From: Carpediemonas membranifera BICM
Lineage: Eukaryota; Protista; Fornicata
Direction of reading: 5' to 3'
Assembly: GCA_019828565.1 (NCBI GenBank)
Contig: JAHDYR010000007.1
Span: 915,333-979,332, forward strand
Length of the DNA: 64,000 bases
Positions within the stretch are counted from its first letter, which is position 1. Every line of letters starts with the position of its first letter. The notes below the pieces were generated by a model. It saw only the letters and a list, made by a program, of their open reading frames with translations, searched no databases and was not told the origin of the DNA. This document shows positions 63,487 to 64,000 of this stretch, in pieces. The position numbers and the translations under genes were made by a program.

Positions 63487-64000
63487 ATGGGGCGTAAAGC
63501 ACGTAAGGAAGCACGTCAGGCTGAGCTGGTGAAGGCAGCTGTTGCGGAGGTTACTGTTACGCCTGGTACTACCACTAGTGGTACAGTGGAGGAGCCCGTC
63601 GTCACCGTTGAAGTCCAGCGGAAGCAGCTCCAAGCCGAGGACCCCATCGACACCTCGCTGTCTGTCACAGGAAAGCTTGCCACGAGACCTACGTCGAACG
63701 ACGTCAAGATCACGTCGTACAGCCTCCAGGCCTTTGGCCAGACCTTCGTTGACGACTCTACGCTCGACCTGTCCCGCAGCCGCATCGGTCTGCTCGGCCA
63801 CAACGCATCGGGGTCCACCACGCTGCTCAGGTCTATTGCTGAGCGCGAGATCCCGATCCCAGAGCACCTGGACATCTTTTTCCTTGACCGTGAGGCGCCC
63901 CCCGTCGACATGACGCCCGTGGAGTTCCTGACCGAGGACACCAAGAAGGTCCACGCCGAGCTCGAGGCTGAGGCTAACAAGATTGTGCTCGAGAACCCCA
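63487..64000 (+). CDS. ABCF2: ABCF2/Arb1-like ABC-F ATPase, running off the window end
   Basis: MGRKARK..VTGKL..DVKITSYSLQAFGQ..IGLLGHNASGSTTLL..IAEREIPIPEHLDIFFLDREAPP. Confidence 0.85.
   Translation, partial: MGRKARKEARQAELVKAAVAEVTVTPGTTTSGTVEEPVVTVEVQRKQLQAEDPIDTSLSVTGKLATRPTSNDVKITSYSLQAFGQTFVDDSTLDLSRSRIGLLGHNASGSTTLLRSIAEREIPIPEHLDIFFLDREAPPVDMTPVEFLTEDTKKVHAELEAEANKIVLENP

Noticed and set aside
1-64000. Prokaryotic origin or operons; tRNA or rRNA genes
   Set aside because: Spliceosomal introns and eukaryote-specific genes occur throughout; no tRNA or rRNA was recognised by eye

Overview
This is compact eukaryotic DNA from an anaerobic flagellate. It carries an [FeFe]-hydrogenase with a likely organelle-targeting leader, centrin, DNAAF1, short (mostly 28-36 nt) GT-AG introns and TAAA 3' motifs. 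That best fits a free-living metamonad such as Carpediemonas, which is an inference. About 35 host genes lie head-to-tail, almost all on the + strand. The main accessory feature is a Fanzor (eukaryotic TnpB-family RNA-guided nuclease) at ~20.36-21.74 kb with an intact D-E-D RuvC triad, a zinc finger and a structured 3' flank (candidate omegaRNA). It abuts a 5'-truncated RLE-type non-LTR retroelement and a near-perfect 3x 2080-bp tandem amplification. Two more Fanzor pieces (58.15-58.38 kb and 62.14-62.48 kb, minus strand) are collinear halves that meet at the same breakpoint. They enclose a 3.75-kb host-gene block ending in a truncated deoC with a fold-back junction. Other highlights are a possible highly divergent Ndc80, a WD40-kinase-HECT-like-RING2 fusion with a possible 3-nt micro-exon, and a degenerate NAT10. 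Scattered 1-2 nt deletions suggest residual assembly errors. All family calls come from recalled motifs; no searches were run.
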